Assembly: GCA_964016885.1 (NCBI GenBank)
Contig: OZ024742.1
Location: 261,206,001-261,270,000, forward strand
Reading direction: 5' to 3'
DNA from: Eledone cirrhosa
Lineage: Eukaryota
Length of the DNA stretch: 64,000 bases
In this document: piece after piece, positions 28,700 through 41,683 of the stretch
Layout of the letters: each line of letters opens with the position of its first letter
How positions within the stretch are numbered: position 1 is the stretch's first letter
Position numbers and translations under genes: made by a program
The notes under the pieces: model-generated
Told to the model about the DNA's origin: nothing
What the model saw: the letters and a program-made list of their open reading frames with translations, nothing else
Database searches by the model: none

Positions 28700-28960
28700 C
28701 TGCTACATCCACCATTGATGACGTAAGGAGGGCACCGAATTGAACCACGGGCTGCTGTTTGGCTGTGAAGTGGAGTGGAGGCAGGTGAGGTGGTCTTGGT
28801 CCAAGCCAGACACAATCTGCCTGAAGGAAGACCTGCATTTGATGTCATCCCAGTTGTGTTGGATATTTGTATTATGGGGAACAGAGAGGCCTTCACCTGT
28901 CCAGTTGGCCAGAGCCTGCTCGCACTCAGAGACCACATCAGGTTCGGCTGTCTGAGGCTA
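28700..28960 (-). mobile_element. CRE-like retrotransposon fragment
   Basis: QHNWDD...LDQ.HL..L..S.PNSSPWFNSVPS, the segment that normally precedes the Zn knuckle. Confidence 0.55.
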
Positions 28961-29084
28961 TTTACTTGCAAACGAATCAAATATTATTATTATTAGATTT
29001 AAAACTCGGGAATGCATTTACGTATAAGCTATGTTAGAGCGAAAACTAATTTTGTTTATATATGTGCGTATGTATGTATGTATG

Positions 29085-29119
<35 letters not shown>

Positions 29120-29499
29120 ATATATGTGTGCATGTGTATATTTATATATATATATATATACATACATATCATCATCATCACATCACTGTTTAACATCCAT
29201 TTTTCGACGCTTGCATGTATATATATATAAACAGATAGTATCAGGAAATATTTGGCAGGAAGATGTGGACATAAGAAGAATTTATTGTGTTTAATCTTTA
29301 ACATATGTTTCTTCTTCCGTGTTAATCTTTTTTTCCTGATTTGCAATCACAGACACATAATGGATACAAATGAACATTATATAATGTAGTCAGCAGATGT
29401 AGACGGTTACGTTATTGTGCAGAAACATATGTTAAAGATTGAATGAAAATGGTGAACTCCTACAATAATTAACATTTTTCGTCTTTTGTCTCAAACAGA

Positions 29500-30640
29500 G
29501 CTTTAAGACAACCTGAATGCAGCCAAGAACAAAGCACTGACATATGCTCGATTATATCATTTCCAAGGCAGCAACACCGAGCTGAAGTTTTAATCACATG
29601 TGCCATGATTGTTGGACTGATCACTGCGTGCTGGTGACGAAGATGTGCTACAAAATAAAATCAAGGCCATTCCATCTAATAAACAAACCATCAAAGAAGT
29701 TCAACTCAGAGAAATTGCAGCAGAACGTCAACGTTGCTGCTGCATACCATGAAGCCATCTCAAGGAACATGAAAGACACCCCAGTAGCAACCACCTCAAT
29801 TGAAAATGAATGGAGCAACTGAAACACTGGGATTTAAAACCTGGAAACATCAAGACTGGTTCTGTGAAAATAATATTATGATCACTGATGCCATATAGAC
29901 CAAAACACAAGTTTGGTTTGAGTGGGAGGCAGAAAAATGCTCAAAAGCTCAAGAGATGCGTTTCAAGATTCCCAAACCTTCGGAAAGCGAAAGACAAGTG
30001 GTGGCAAGAAAGAGCACAAGAAATCTCAGGCCTATGAAGAGCTTCTATAAGGCCACCAAGCATCTCTATGGGCCGATACCCTTATCAACAGGCGTACTCC
30101 TAACAACTGACAACACCATAGTACAAAGCAACCCTCTGGAAATTCTAGAGCGTTGGCGGAAACACTTTGCAAACTTACCAAATAAGACCTCGAAAACTGC
30201 TGTTGATTAACTGAGGAATGTTCCATAACATCAGGAACAGCACTGGATGTCCAACCCAGAATGAATTCCGGGTAGCTGCTTGGCAGATAGCACCAAACAA
30301 ATCCCAGAGACCTAACATCATTCCCCTGGAATTGTACTACGCGGGGAAACATTTTTAAAGACGATCATATTTTGCATATTTGGTATGGATGTCCGCCAAC
30401 GATGGTCTCTATTATCAAATCATTCCACGCTGGTATGGTGGGCAGGGTGGTGTACAACAACCAAACCACCGAAACCTTCCAAATCACATGTGGCTTAAAA
30501 CAGGGCTGCGTCTTGACACCTACCCTTTTCTCCATCTATCTAGCAGTCATGATGTCTGAAGTTCCACCTGACATCCATGGAATAGATCAACACTACCGAC
30601 TAGATGAGAGCCTCTTCAATACTGCCTGCTTTCGATCTAG
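29500..30640 (+). mobile_element. Degenerate RTE/BovB-like LINE fragment
   Basis: CWTDH, FYKATKHLYGP, ILERWRKHF, GLKQGCVLTPTLFSI. Confidence 0.75.
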
Positions 30641-30647
30641 GAGAAAC

Positions 30648-30897
30648 GGCACGTAGCTGAGTGGTTAGAGAATTGGATTCGCAATCGTGAGGTTGTGAAC
30701 TCGATTCCTGGATCGGGCGATGCGTTATATCCTTGGGCAAGACAATTTATTTCACGTTCCTTCTGCCTGAAATTGCGACCGACAGATAGTATTAGCAATT
30801 GGAAAGACCGATGGAAACATTGTTTCCTCGGTCCGATTTGACGAGCACCATCCCACTCGTTGAGGGAATGAGGTCTGGGATCTTGTTGACCGACTGT
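30648..30897 (+). mobile_element. tRNA-derived SINE family B
   Basis: A-box TAGCTGAGTGG and B-box-like ACTCGATTCC. Related copies at 42263-42481(-), 12570-12897(-) and 15674-15786(+). Confidence 0.75.
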
Positions 30898-30932
<35 letters not shown>

Positions 30933-31005
30933 AAAAGGTAAAAAGAAACAACACAGTATATGGTAGGAATGTATTAGTTTAACGCTTGAAATAGCAGGAA
31001 GAGTG

Positions 31006-31041
31006 TCTTAACGTTTTGGACGCTAGTCCTTCATCAGAAGA
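31006..31041 (-). ncRNA. Minimal degenerate hammerhead motif (same family as 51.8 kb)
   Basis: TCTT-CTGATGA-aGGActagcgTCC-AAAACGTTAAGA (GAAA>AAAA). Shares the downstream AAGCGT.AA.CTAATA. Confidence 0.55.
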
Positions 31042-31328
31042 AAGAATAAGAAATTAGAATGATTGAAGGGACAGGGTGGGTGGAATTTGAAAAATGTTTT
31101 TAGGGAAAAATAACAGGTTGATTCATGTTGCCATCACTTGAAAAACTCATATATATATGTGTGTACGTGTATATATGTCTATATATGTGTGTATATGTAT
31201 ATATATATATATATAAGTTGAAAAAAATGAAAACGAAATTTCATTTCTCACTCTTAGTATGGCACTTACTTAAATGTAAGTATGTATGTATACGTACATA
31301 CATATATGTATACAGACGTACAGTAGCA

Positions 31329-31368
<40 letters not shown>

Positions 31369-31538
31369 TATACACATATGCATACAGGTACACATACATA
31401 TATGCACGCATCAGTTTAGCCGACGTTTATTATAACGCCTGCTTTGTTCGTTTGTTTGTCAACAAATCGAACAGCCTGAATTTATGCCATACGGTGTTAA
31501 GGCAACCACGTCACCTTTTTGTTCAACACTGACGCAGG

Positions 31539-31583
31539 AACGATGTACTAGTTTCAAGCTTGTTAGCTATCATCAGCACCGTT
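31539..31583 (-). ncRNA. Type I hammerhead ribozyme motif, intact core
   Basis: AACGGTG-CTGATGA-tAGCTaacaAGCTt-GAA-ACTAGT-A-CATCGTT. Stem I of 7 bp, palindromic stem III, GUA site. Confidence 0.85.
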
Positions 31584-31747
31584 TACCCATCTGCCAGATA
31601 GTTGAACGTTCGAACTTTTTTCAACTTATCGTTTTCGGTATGCCTGACCGATTTAACTCACTCAATATGCAAATTAGGCTGCTCAGCCGTTAATTTTCAT
31701 AAGGAAAGTATATACTTTCGAACGTTCAACTATCTGGCAGATGGGTA

Positions 31748-31792
31748 AACGGTGCTGATGATAGCTAACAAGCTTGCAACTAGTACATCGTT
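31748..31792 (+). ncRNA. Type I hammerhead copy with GAAA>GCAA core mutation
   Basis: Mirror of 31539-31583, with C at 31777. Confidence 0.75.
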
Positions 31793-31951
31793 CCTGTGTC
31801 AGTGTTGAACAAAAAGGTGACGTGGTTGCCTTAACACCGTATGGCATAAATTCAGGTTGTTCGATTTGTTGACAAACAAACGAACAAAGCAGGCGTTATA
31901 ATAAACGTCGGCTAAACTGATGCGTGCATATATGTATGTGTACCTGTATGC

Positions 31952-32000
<49 letters not shown>

Positions 32001-32048
32001 TGCTACTGTACGTCTGTATACATATATGTATGTACGTATACATACATA

Positions 32049-32103
<55 letters not shown>

Positions 32104-32479
32104 TCGGAAAAGATTGTTTTGGTAAAAACAGGAGTAAGAAGGAGAAAGCTCTCAACAATCGTAGTTTTTAGTTACGATGGAGAATTTTATAAAAATAACA
32201 AAATAAGATGCTGAGGTTACATATATCATTTAATCATTATAATTATTTCCACGGTTCTCCATGCAATCGAGATGTCCTTCGTGCATTTTTCTGTTGATTA
32301 TGAGAACGGTATCCTCATATATATATATGTGTGTGTGTGTGTCTGATCCTATCAGGGAAGTCTGCTCAAAATGTTGAAAAAGAGAGGCAGAACCTCTATA
32401 TGATGTACACGGTGCAAATCATGGACACACGAGGTGTAGTGGGATAACGTGCAGACTAACAAGAAAGGAAGACTTTGTA

Positions 32480-33573
32480 TGTAGTAGATGTTCAGAGTAA
32501 GTGTGTTATATTCTGATTTCTATGTTGTCTATATTACCACCATGTCTTTGTCTGGCGTATTCATATAGTATCGAACCATCTTTTTGTCCTTTTAGCGCCC
32601 CCCAATGTTGGTCTATTCCCTCTCATATGCTCCGAGCTGTCTTACTTATGTATGTCGTTGTCATATTTCTGCAAGTATCCTCTGCGCATCTTATGCTATC
32701 GACTACATTTCTAGTTTTGCAATTCATTTATGGATTTATTCTACATATAACACATTTCTTATTAGTACAGTGGGTTTTCTTAAAGGGGTAAGTTTTGCTG
32801 ATCAGGGATTTTATGTTTATGGTAGTTCCTGGCTTTTCTACTACTTTAATCTTTAAATGGGTCTTTCTAAATTGGTTAGTTAATTCACCTCCAAGGGTTG
32901 CATCCACGAACATGACACTCTGGTATCTCTGGTTATCGTACCACGAAGTGGCTCTCTCTATCTTATGTTTAGTCCTATCTATGCTAATCCATGATTTGCT
33001 CCTGTACAATGGGCAAATACTTTTTATGAGGGTCTTATATTTCTTCGTGGCTCCTTTGTACACCCTGATTCTGTCTCTTTGGTTGTAACAGGAGAACTGC
33101 ATGCGATTGATGAAGTGTATGTGTCTTTCTAGTTCAGTTGGATCACACATGCAGGACACATTCTTCACCACTCTTACCAAGTCTGAGATCAGAATATTAA
33201 ATTTAGCACTATTGGACATCGCTGAGTTTTTGTGTATAAGGTATTTGGAAGTCATGGGTTTAGCATAATGGGAGTGGAGAATTTTGGTTTTCTCGTTTAT
33301 AGTGTTTAACCAGAGTTCAGTGTTTAATACTGGTAGTCTATTGTTAGGTTGTTTGGAAGGGTAGTCGATAGTTACTGTTATGCTCTGGTGTATGGAGATA
33401 GCTATCTGTTGGATGTTCTCCATTGTGTTAGTTTCTAATTCGGGTTTATTGGTACTCTCTTGTGGGGTTGTTTTTATTACAATATTACAATATCTACTTA
33501 AATGACGAGGGCTATGGAGTTCTCTTCTAGGAGTTCTCTGAGTCTCTTTTCCCACCATACCATACGATTTCAT
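32480..33573 (-). mobile_element. Penelope-like element remnant (RT thumb, linker and decayed GIY-YIG)
   Basis: TIDYPS..NNRLPVL, HYAKPMTSK..IHKNSAM, KVVEKPG, C..C..C, then CKTRNVV.SI.C...C.....YI.KTARS with stops. Confidence 0.8.
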
Positions 33574-33669
33574 ATAAAAAAACCTTGAAAAACAAATAAA
33601 TATATATATATATGTGTGTGTGTATTTACCAACCTACCTATCCATCCATCTATCTATTTATCTATCTTC

Positions 33670-34745
33670 CAACGGAGGGCTGGGGATGCCGTGGCTGACG
33701 ATGCGCAAACACGCGCTCAAGCTGCGGCATCTCTACGTATTCCTCACCGGACAACCGGTGTGGGCCCCGTTCGTGAGGCGAACCTTCCCACGACTCGTCT
33801 CGCTGACCTGGGTCAAGCAAAGACCGAGGAAAATAGGCGACTAGCACATCGAATGTGCTCAGGCGCTCACAGCCCTCTGGCAGGTGGACCCGGCGATCAG
33901 TGGAGACTCCACTTCGTCATTCTATAGAGGATTGATCCGCAGCAAGTGCGACGAGGTGCTCGGTGAAACTCTGGGTGTAGAGGAAGACGAACTGGCCAGT
34001 CTGTTCGGGATAGATGGACAACTTCCAAAAGTCCCTGGTCTGGCAGTGCTACCGAGGAGCTCTACCAGTTCGAGACAAGCTCTACAGAGGGGACCCTTCG
34101 AAAAAGATCTGTCCGAGATGCGTGCGAGACGTAGAAATCGTCGCGCACGCATTCATACACTTCCCGGGCGTTACCTACCTGTGGGGCTATGTAGAACGAC
34201 TATTGTCGCGGGTGGGACCAATCCGGTTGACCACCGAATGATCAAACCGCCACCCTCCTTCAAAAACGAAGCAGAGGCGCTTTTCCTTTGTGTGATAGCT
34301 ATGGCGAAAGAGATTGTATGGTGGACAAGGTTGAAAGGGCTGAGGTAAGACACCTTTCTCTCCGGCCAACAACTGATTCTTTTTTTCAAATACCACTTTG
34401 GAAGAAGAATCAGGATGGAGAGAGAGGTGCTGTACCCCAGTAAGTCTTATGAAAGGTGGGTGAAAGTGGCGAGAATGACCCGAGTGAATGGGCCTTCTCT
34501 CTATATCAGCCTGTAAGTTGAGGAAGAGAAGAAGGGGGTACAAACTCTTCGTACTTCTGGAGATGAGGGTTGCACATTTTTTTCGAGGGTATGTGTTACC
34601 CATATGAAATGTCTCCCCCTATTGGGGAAAATCGATTAACTTTTAAATTGTATTTGTGATAATATTTTACACGTTTTTATTGTATGTAAACTTCCCCCTT
34701 TGTATTTGTCCCCTTCTTTTGTGCCCCTGTGGCTAATAAAGAACA
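33670..34745 (+). mobile_element. Tx1/L1-like LINE 3' end
   Basis: zf-RVT-like FQKSLVWQCYRGALPVRDKL..CPRC...H. The 3' UTR ends AATAAAGAA followed by (TATC)n. Confidence 0.75.
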
Positions 34746-34759
34746 TATCTATCCCCCCC

Positions 34760-34796
<37 letters not shown>

Positions 34797-34850
34797 CAAA
34801 ACTAAAAAAACAGCGTAAGCCCATCGCTGACTTTCGTAATTACCACTAAA

Positions 34851-34910
<60 letters not shown>

Positions 34911-35139
34911 GTGTGTGTGTGTTTTAGTGGTAATATATATATATATAATATGGTGGTAATATATATATATATATATATATATATAAGTGGATTCCAGATG
35001 TATATCGGGAGGTGACCACAGTTAAAATGGGAACCTAATACGTTAGTAGAGTATATACATATTTATTTTATTATAGAAATACTTCTACATGACTAGAACT
35101 GTTTCATTCGTAAGAAATCATCAGGATTAATCACCGGAT

Positions 35140-35715
35140 CCTGTTGAAGAGACGATCCAACATTGGTGTCTGTGGAAAGTTACTACAATGGATTAAGTGT
35201 TTCCTGATGAACAGAGCCCAGCATGTTATGGTCTAAGGAATACGATCAAGCTCTGCCAAATTTAGCCAAGGTACAGTGTTGGGCCCACTTATCTTCATTA
35301 TTTATATCAATAGCATTATTGCCGTAATCAAGCACAGCAACATAAGAATCTTCGCAGATGATTGCAAGCTCCTGAAGGTCATCAATGGAGTGGAAGACCG
35401 GTCTGCTTTCAATCGGATCTGCTTGCTGTTATTTACTGGGCGAAAAAACAACAACAATGCTACCAAACGAAGATAAATTATTTGATCTAACCCACTTTGG
35501 AGAAGAGGATGCACTTAAGTTATATTCTCTTCGCCTAAGTGAAGTGAAACTCTCGTGGAATCCAATAACGCCAGAGACCTGGGGTAAGTGCAACTTAAGC
35601 TGGAATACTTACATAAACAACAAAACTGACATGACCCGCAGAATGTGTTCTTGGATTCTTAGAACTTTCCGGTTGAAAGATATCCACACCATCCCCCTCC
35701 TCTTCTCTTTTTTTG
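35140..35715 (+). mobile_element. CR1/L2-like LINE RT fragment
   Basis: QGTVLGPLIFIIYIN and FADDCKL motifs. Confidence 0.7.
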
Positions 35716-35719
35716 CCGG

Positions 35720-37320
35720 GGTGAAGACGGCTATACTTTCTTATTTTATCAAATGACTCCAATTATTAATGTCTCTTCAAACAAGAAAATATCCGGCAAT
35801 AGTTTTAATAAGAACTTCATTTTCGAAACTAAACTATACAGATGATTTTCCATGGAATGCATCAACTAAAATGTGGAAGAAAAGAGTTCAAGGAACATTA
35901 ATCGAAGGATATGCTGGCATTAAAAGAAGTATCCTATTTACACAGTTAATAAATAAACTTTGAATGTTTTTTTCTTTGAATCTTATTTCATGCAATTAAA
36001 TACCCAACATCTTATGCGGTACTAAGAACAGTAAATGGAAGGCTGTTGATACATATCGTGAAATTTGCTATCTTCTCCGATTACTTGATGATAATTTACA
36101 TTAGGATGATGGTCTTCATGATACAAAAGCGATATACCCACCAGTCCACATGAGAAATTTATTTGCAATAATGCTTGCACTTTGTAATTTGAGCAGCTCT
36201 GTTAGACTTTGGGAGAAGTACACAAAAAATAAAAAAAAAATAAAAAATTTGGCGAAAGCTTCTATTTCTAATTTCAAATTTGCTCGCTGTTTCAAAACAA
36301 ACTTACATGTCCGAATACATTTTGAAAAACAATATCAGTTAACCAATCGGACAATTGAAATCAGTTAATATTCAATTAAGTTTTAGATTTCTAATATAGG
36401 TACAAGGCCAGTAATTTTGGGGCAGGGGAAAGTCGATTAAATCGACCCCAGTACGTTACTGGTGCTTTATTTATGCTGCAAAGAATGGTGTCCGCCTCTC
36501 TACCGATACTGCCAATCCACTGACATAAGCTGTTGCATATAATAAATCCATACAAAAGTCAATGAAGAAAAGGTAAATTTATGTTTTGGGATGCATCAGG
36601 TGAAACTGGAAACACTTTCCTTAAGAATTTAATTCTGATCACAATGCGACAGCAAAGAAAATTGCAATAGTTTTGCATAATCCGGAATTGCTGCTACATT
36701 GCAGGCAGGTGAGAAAACAGCACACTGCATTGAAACTAATTGCTGCTTAATTTGGCAGTATCAGAAAACCCAATGTGCAACATTATATCAAGCTGAGTAA
36801 ATTGTCATTTCTGAGAGACGTTGAAATTTTATTACCACTTTAGTTGAACGCAAGGAGAATATACACCCGAATCTTCATTTTAATTGCAAAAAGAAATTTG
36901 GTGGTGAAAGAGTTATTCTTGCTCCTAAAAATGCGATGGTTAATTCAAATATGCCTGGTCAATCAAGATTGTACAAATCATTTGACTAAGTCACAAAGGA
37001 TGACCAGGCAGTGAATAAACAAATTGAATTCCGGAATGCCATCGCATGAATTGGAACTGACGTTTGAAACCTCTATTATGCTTTTGATTAATCTGAATCC
37101 ATTAAACATGTGCCATGGAACAAGATTAGTAGTAAAACATGCTTCCAAATCTTATCGACGTAACCATTATCACTGGATATGGTAAAGAAAAACAAACGAT
37201 TCCATATTACGGATTCTTATTATATTGTCAGATCTTCCATTCAAATTTAAATAGTTTCAATTCACCGACAGGCTAAGATGTGCTGTCATTTAACAAGTCT
37301 AAAGGACAGTTCGTTATTTA
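35720..37320 (+). mobile_element. Decayed Helitron (Rep/PIF1 helicase remnants)
   Basis: MRNLFAIML, ILAPKN, MLLINLNP..MCHGTRL, SDLPFKFK..QF and NKS.GQ relics. Confidence 0.7.
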
Positions 37321-37812
37321 AGAAATATCTTTCGGTCAGTATGTAAATAAACAATTATATTTTTGGAAACCGTTAAGCGGATTATGAATTTTAAATGTAA
37401 TTTAGCTTGAAGTCAACAGCTTCAACGCAGACTGTTGACTAAGGAAAATAGTCTAACAAGTTGGGCACTTTAGCCTCTAGAGTCGGAAAAAGTGGATATC
37501 ACCTGTGGGACTCGAACTCATATACCAGTTTTTATATATATATATATATATATCCATTGGTGGCTGGGTAGAAGCTAGACAAACTAATATTAGAAAGTTT
37601 CGTTCTCATCATCTCCCTTAACTGCAGTTTCTGGAATTAAGAAACAATAATAATTATCCTAATAAAGATGTCCAAGTATATTAGTGAGAATATGTAACGG
37701 AATTCTTCCGTTACATATAACTTTCTGAGCTGAAAATATATACATATATAATATAGAAATGGCTTCAACAGGAATAGAACTGTTTCATTAGAAGGAAATC
37801 ATTAGGAAAGCG

Positions 37813-37844
<32 letters not shown>

Positions 37845-38476
37845 TATACCACACACACACACACACACAGGCGCGCGCACTCGTACATAAACACGTGCCA
37901 AAGAAAGATGTTGAATCTCAAATCAAAAAGTGGGGCATTCGAATTTTATGGAAATGATTCGTCTTTAATTCCGGAACAAAAAGAAATGGTCCGATAATTT
38001 TTTCTTTTTCTTTTTTTTATATCCATTAGTCCTCTCTGTCTTTCACTCTCTCTCCCTCTTTCTCTCTCCCCCCTTATTTCCGTCTTTCTAATTTTTGTTT
38101 ACTCTTTTTTGTATTTGTATGTATGTTTTTTATTTTATTTTTCCAATTTTTGTTTTGTTTTTATTTCACTATATTTTCTCTGATACCTTTTCATTCCTCA
38201 GCTTTTAAAGGTAATTTACAATATGGTGCAGCTTTTTGTTGAAGATAGAATAAAATAAAATAAAATAAAATAAAAAATGGAGGAGAAATTGTACTTTTGA
38301 TAAAAGACAATGAAACATGCAATAGTTACTTTCCCTCACCATTTGGGCAATGTTTTTAGTCAATGCTTCCCATTTAATAGGTTACTCTATTGAACAAGCG
38401 GTAGATGATAACGAAAAAATATATTAAAAACAAAATATATATGAAAGGATTTGGAAGCAACAACTTCTGCTACTGC

Positions 38477-38508
<32 letters not shown>

Positions 38509-39859
38509 CCAGCAGCAGCAGCAGTAGTACTAGGAGTAGTATCAGGGCCGGCACTACCACTAGGCGAACGACTATCGCCTTACTAAGGGTCATCCCTCAG
38601 AAAGGTGCATTACTGAACCTTAAAGAATCATAGTTTTATACAAATTTGTATGATGACATTAAATATATGATAATTTCATGCGATCAATAAATAAATTATT
38701 AAACATCTTTGTTGTGTGGAAATTCTATTGTGGAAATATGCGAAATAGAGGACAAGGTCGTATGGTGTTATTGCCAGTCATGTGATTTGGCGTGTGTGTG
38801 TGTGGATTCAGTATTCAGACCTAGTCATTTTTTTAGTGTGGTCAAAGCAAGTGTTAAAAACTATGTTTGCTACCTTGAAATTATTTTATTTGGAAGAATG
38901 GGGCGCATAAATGAGAGAAAGGGAGCGTACATTGTAGGGCTGACCTAGTGGGCTAAATACACAGGCGCTGGTTCTGTGTATATATGCATACGTTCACATA
39001 TACTTACACATACATGCAAATGCACACATACGCGCCCACGCATACACACACATATTCAGAATCATACATACAAGCATACACACATATACATCATACACAA
39101 TCATATATAGACATAGTCATACACAGTCATTCACGTAATCTAGGGTCGATCCTATTGCATAGCACCTTAAGGCAAATGTCTCCTACGAAAATTATATGAA
39201 ATTATATGAAAGCCTGTCGTATATATTAGCATAATTAATGAGTTTGCTTCGCAATCATTAGGCCCCGAGTTTGATGCTACTGCATGGTATCTTGGGCGTA
39301 TCTCGTTTATAATAGCCTCGGATTAACCAATACCTTGTGAGGGAAAGTGGTAGACGGAAAGTGGGTAGACGGAAACTATTTGGAAGTCCGTCGAAAGGAC
39401 TACCTGTAATTCACTGAGCCAATTTTGTCACACACCGTGTCACGCCGAATCTCCCAGATAATTAGGTTAAGGGTACACGTGTCTGTAGAATTCTCAACCA
39501 CTCACATGTTAGTTTTATGAACAGGTTGTTCCGTTGATCAAACAACTAGAATACTCATTGTCGAAAATGACGAAGGTCCATTCAACTCCGCATTAAGGTG
39601 AAATACTAATATCCTGTGATATTGATATCTGATTGGATTATTTCCCGCGTACGTCAATGGTTATTCGCATTTACGAAGACGTATAATCGACTAAAATTAT
39701 TGAATGTGGTGATCCAGCATGACTGCAGTTCATTGATAAAAACGTGTAAAAGAACAAAGAAAACCGACATACACATGCACAGACATATATGCATGCGCAT
39801 ACGCATGCCCACACTAACACGCATGCACACATATACACAAACGAAAACACTCAGGCATA

Positions 39860-39864
39860 CCCTA

Positions 39865-39898
<34 letters not shown>

Positions 39899-39938
39899 CC
39901 ACTCACACACACACACACACACACACATACCCACTCAC

Positions 39939-40030
<92 letters not shown>
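39860..40030. repeat. (CA)n microsatellite, representative of many (TA)n, (CA)n and (GA)n tracts from 29 to 62 kb
   Basis: Directly visible. Confidence 0.95.
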
Positions 40031-40032
<2 letters not shown>

Positions 40033-40719
40033 TAACATTTATGTGAGGCAGCAAAATAAAACCTGATGAAAAATGGTATTCAACAATTATTTAACGCTCT
40101 CTCTCTTCCCGAAACCGTGTTAAGTCGGTAGAGGAAGGAAGCAACATTAATGGTGGTTCACTCTCGAAGATTGCATGTGGATTTTCTTACACGGATCATT
40201 GTCTCTCGCTCAAGGGCTTCATCAGTTTATACATGACTGGTTCCATGCAGAAGATTTCGTTATTTTCTACCGGAAAGCGTGCGTTTTTGTTAAATCACCT
40301 GAGCCTGCAAATACTCGTGAAATCGCTATTGTCAGCTAGATGAGGTGTTAGCATCTAGATTGGTGAACCACGAGTTCGTGCCCCATGTATGTCGCTGATG
40401 ATTTTTGTTGTTGTGAACAGGCTAATATATATTTTTTGCTAGGTCTAGAGTGATGGTTTCCAGACTCTTTTTTATACACTGCACACTTTAGAACAAGTAA
40501 AAATATTTTGGCGCTCTTTGTGCCTAAATTCAAAAAATTATTCTAAAGAAGTATTTATACATATTAATATAGAATAAAGTAGAGACATACATAATTAAAT
40601 ATACAGAAAAATTATTTGTACTTCCTTTTTTAGTCAATGAATGGAGCATAATTATCAATGAGAAACATACACTTGGTGTTTTTTGGCAATGTTTTCATTC
40701 TTAGTTTAGTTGTTTCCTA

Positions 40720-40762
<43 letters not shown>

Positions 40763-41317
40763 GATGATATTGATGACGCTGGTGGTAATGATGATGATGT
40801 TTGTTTTAAAGAGTTTATAATTATCTAAAACCTCCCATCATATTTTTATGTAAGAACCTTTAAGTTATGTTCCAAACACCAACTTAATAATGAGAAAGTT
40901 ATATTAACAAATCCCTCAAAATTCTTGATTATTTTCAAAATTATTTGAAAGCCATAGACAATGTTGTACATTAGAAATATGGTAACGAAATGGTTAAAAA
41001 GGGAAGGGAACATTACGTAATGTAGCCCTAGATAAGCTTAAAAAGACTGAATGGTCACAGTTGCATTATAATTGATCATATGACTGCTCGAGCAGGTCTG
41101 ACCTGGGGCTATACAACAACAACGACAATAGCAACAATAACAACAACGTAACAAACAATACGAAGTGGTCAAATAAGAAAGATATTAGTGTGGGGGGAAA
41201 TAGAAACATAGATGTGAAACAGTTAAATTTACTCCATATAGAACGTAACTTCCGCTGCAAGGAGGTCATGTGACAACAATCGCTAGCGCTGTTTCTTGTT
41301 TTGAAGTTTCTTTAATG

Positions 41318-41502
41318 CAGGCATGTCAAACTGAGGATCCCCCGAGGACCACATGGGTCACATATGTGTTGTCTGAGGGCCACATGACCACTAATTGCGC
41401 ACATTACAACTAATATGTTTATGTTATATTACACTCGCGCTGTAAAAACCTTTGTGCGAGCCGCAGGTGTGCTGGTAAAGGCCTGCATGTTTGACATGCT
41501 TG
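41318..41502. mobile_element. hAT-type MITE
   Basis: TIRs CAGGCATGTCAAAC / GTTTGACATGCTTG. Imperfect 8-bp flanks ctttaatg / ttctaatg. Confidence 0.7.
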
Positions 41503-41587
41503 TTCTAATGGATGAGATATCCTATCATTATGGGTAAATGCAGGTGTGTGAATGCATATGTTTGAGTGTATGTGTGTGTATGTGGAA

Positions 41588-41683
<96 letters not shown>

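Larger units (their letters stand above)
31277..32052. repeat. Foldback palindrome, arms about 340 bp and spacer about 100 bp
   Basis: 31277-31614 is the reverse complement of 31717-32052 with only a few substitutions. Confidence 0.95.

Noticed and set aside
30648-30720. tRNA gene
   Set aside because: A tRNA-like head continuing into a multicopy SINE body, with no full cloverleaf.
40195-40232. Minus-strand CTGATGAAGCCCTTGAGCGAGA
   Set aside because: No GAAA and no convincing stems I or III. Likewise the CTGATGA matches at about 2333, 6650, 35204 and 44921.
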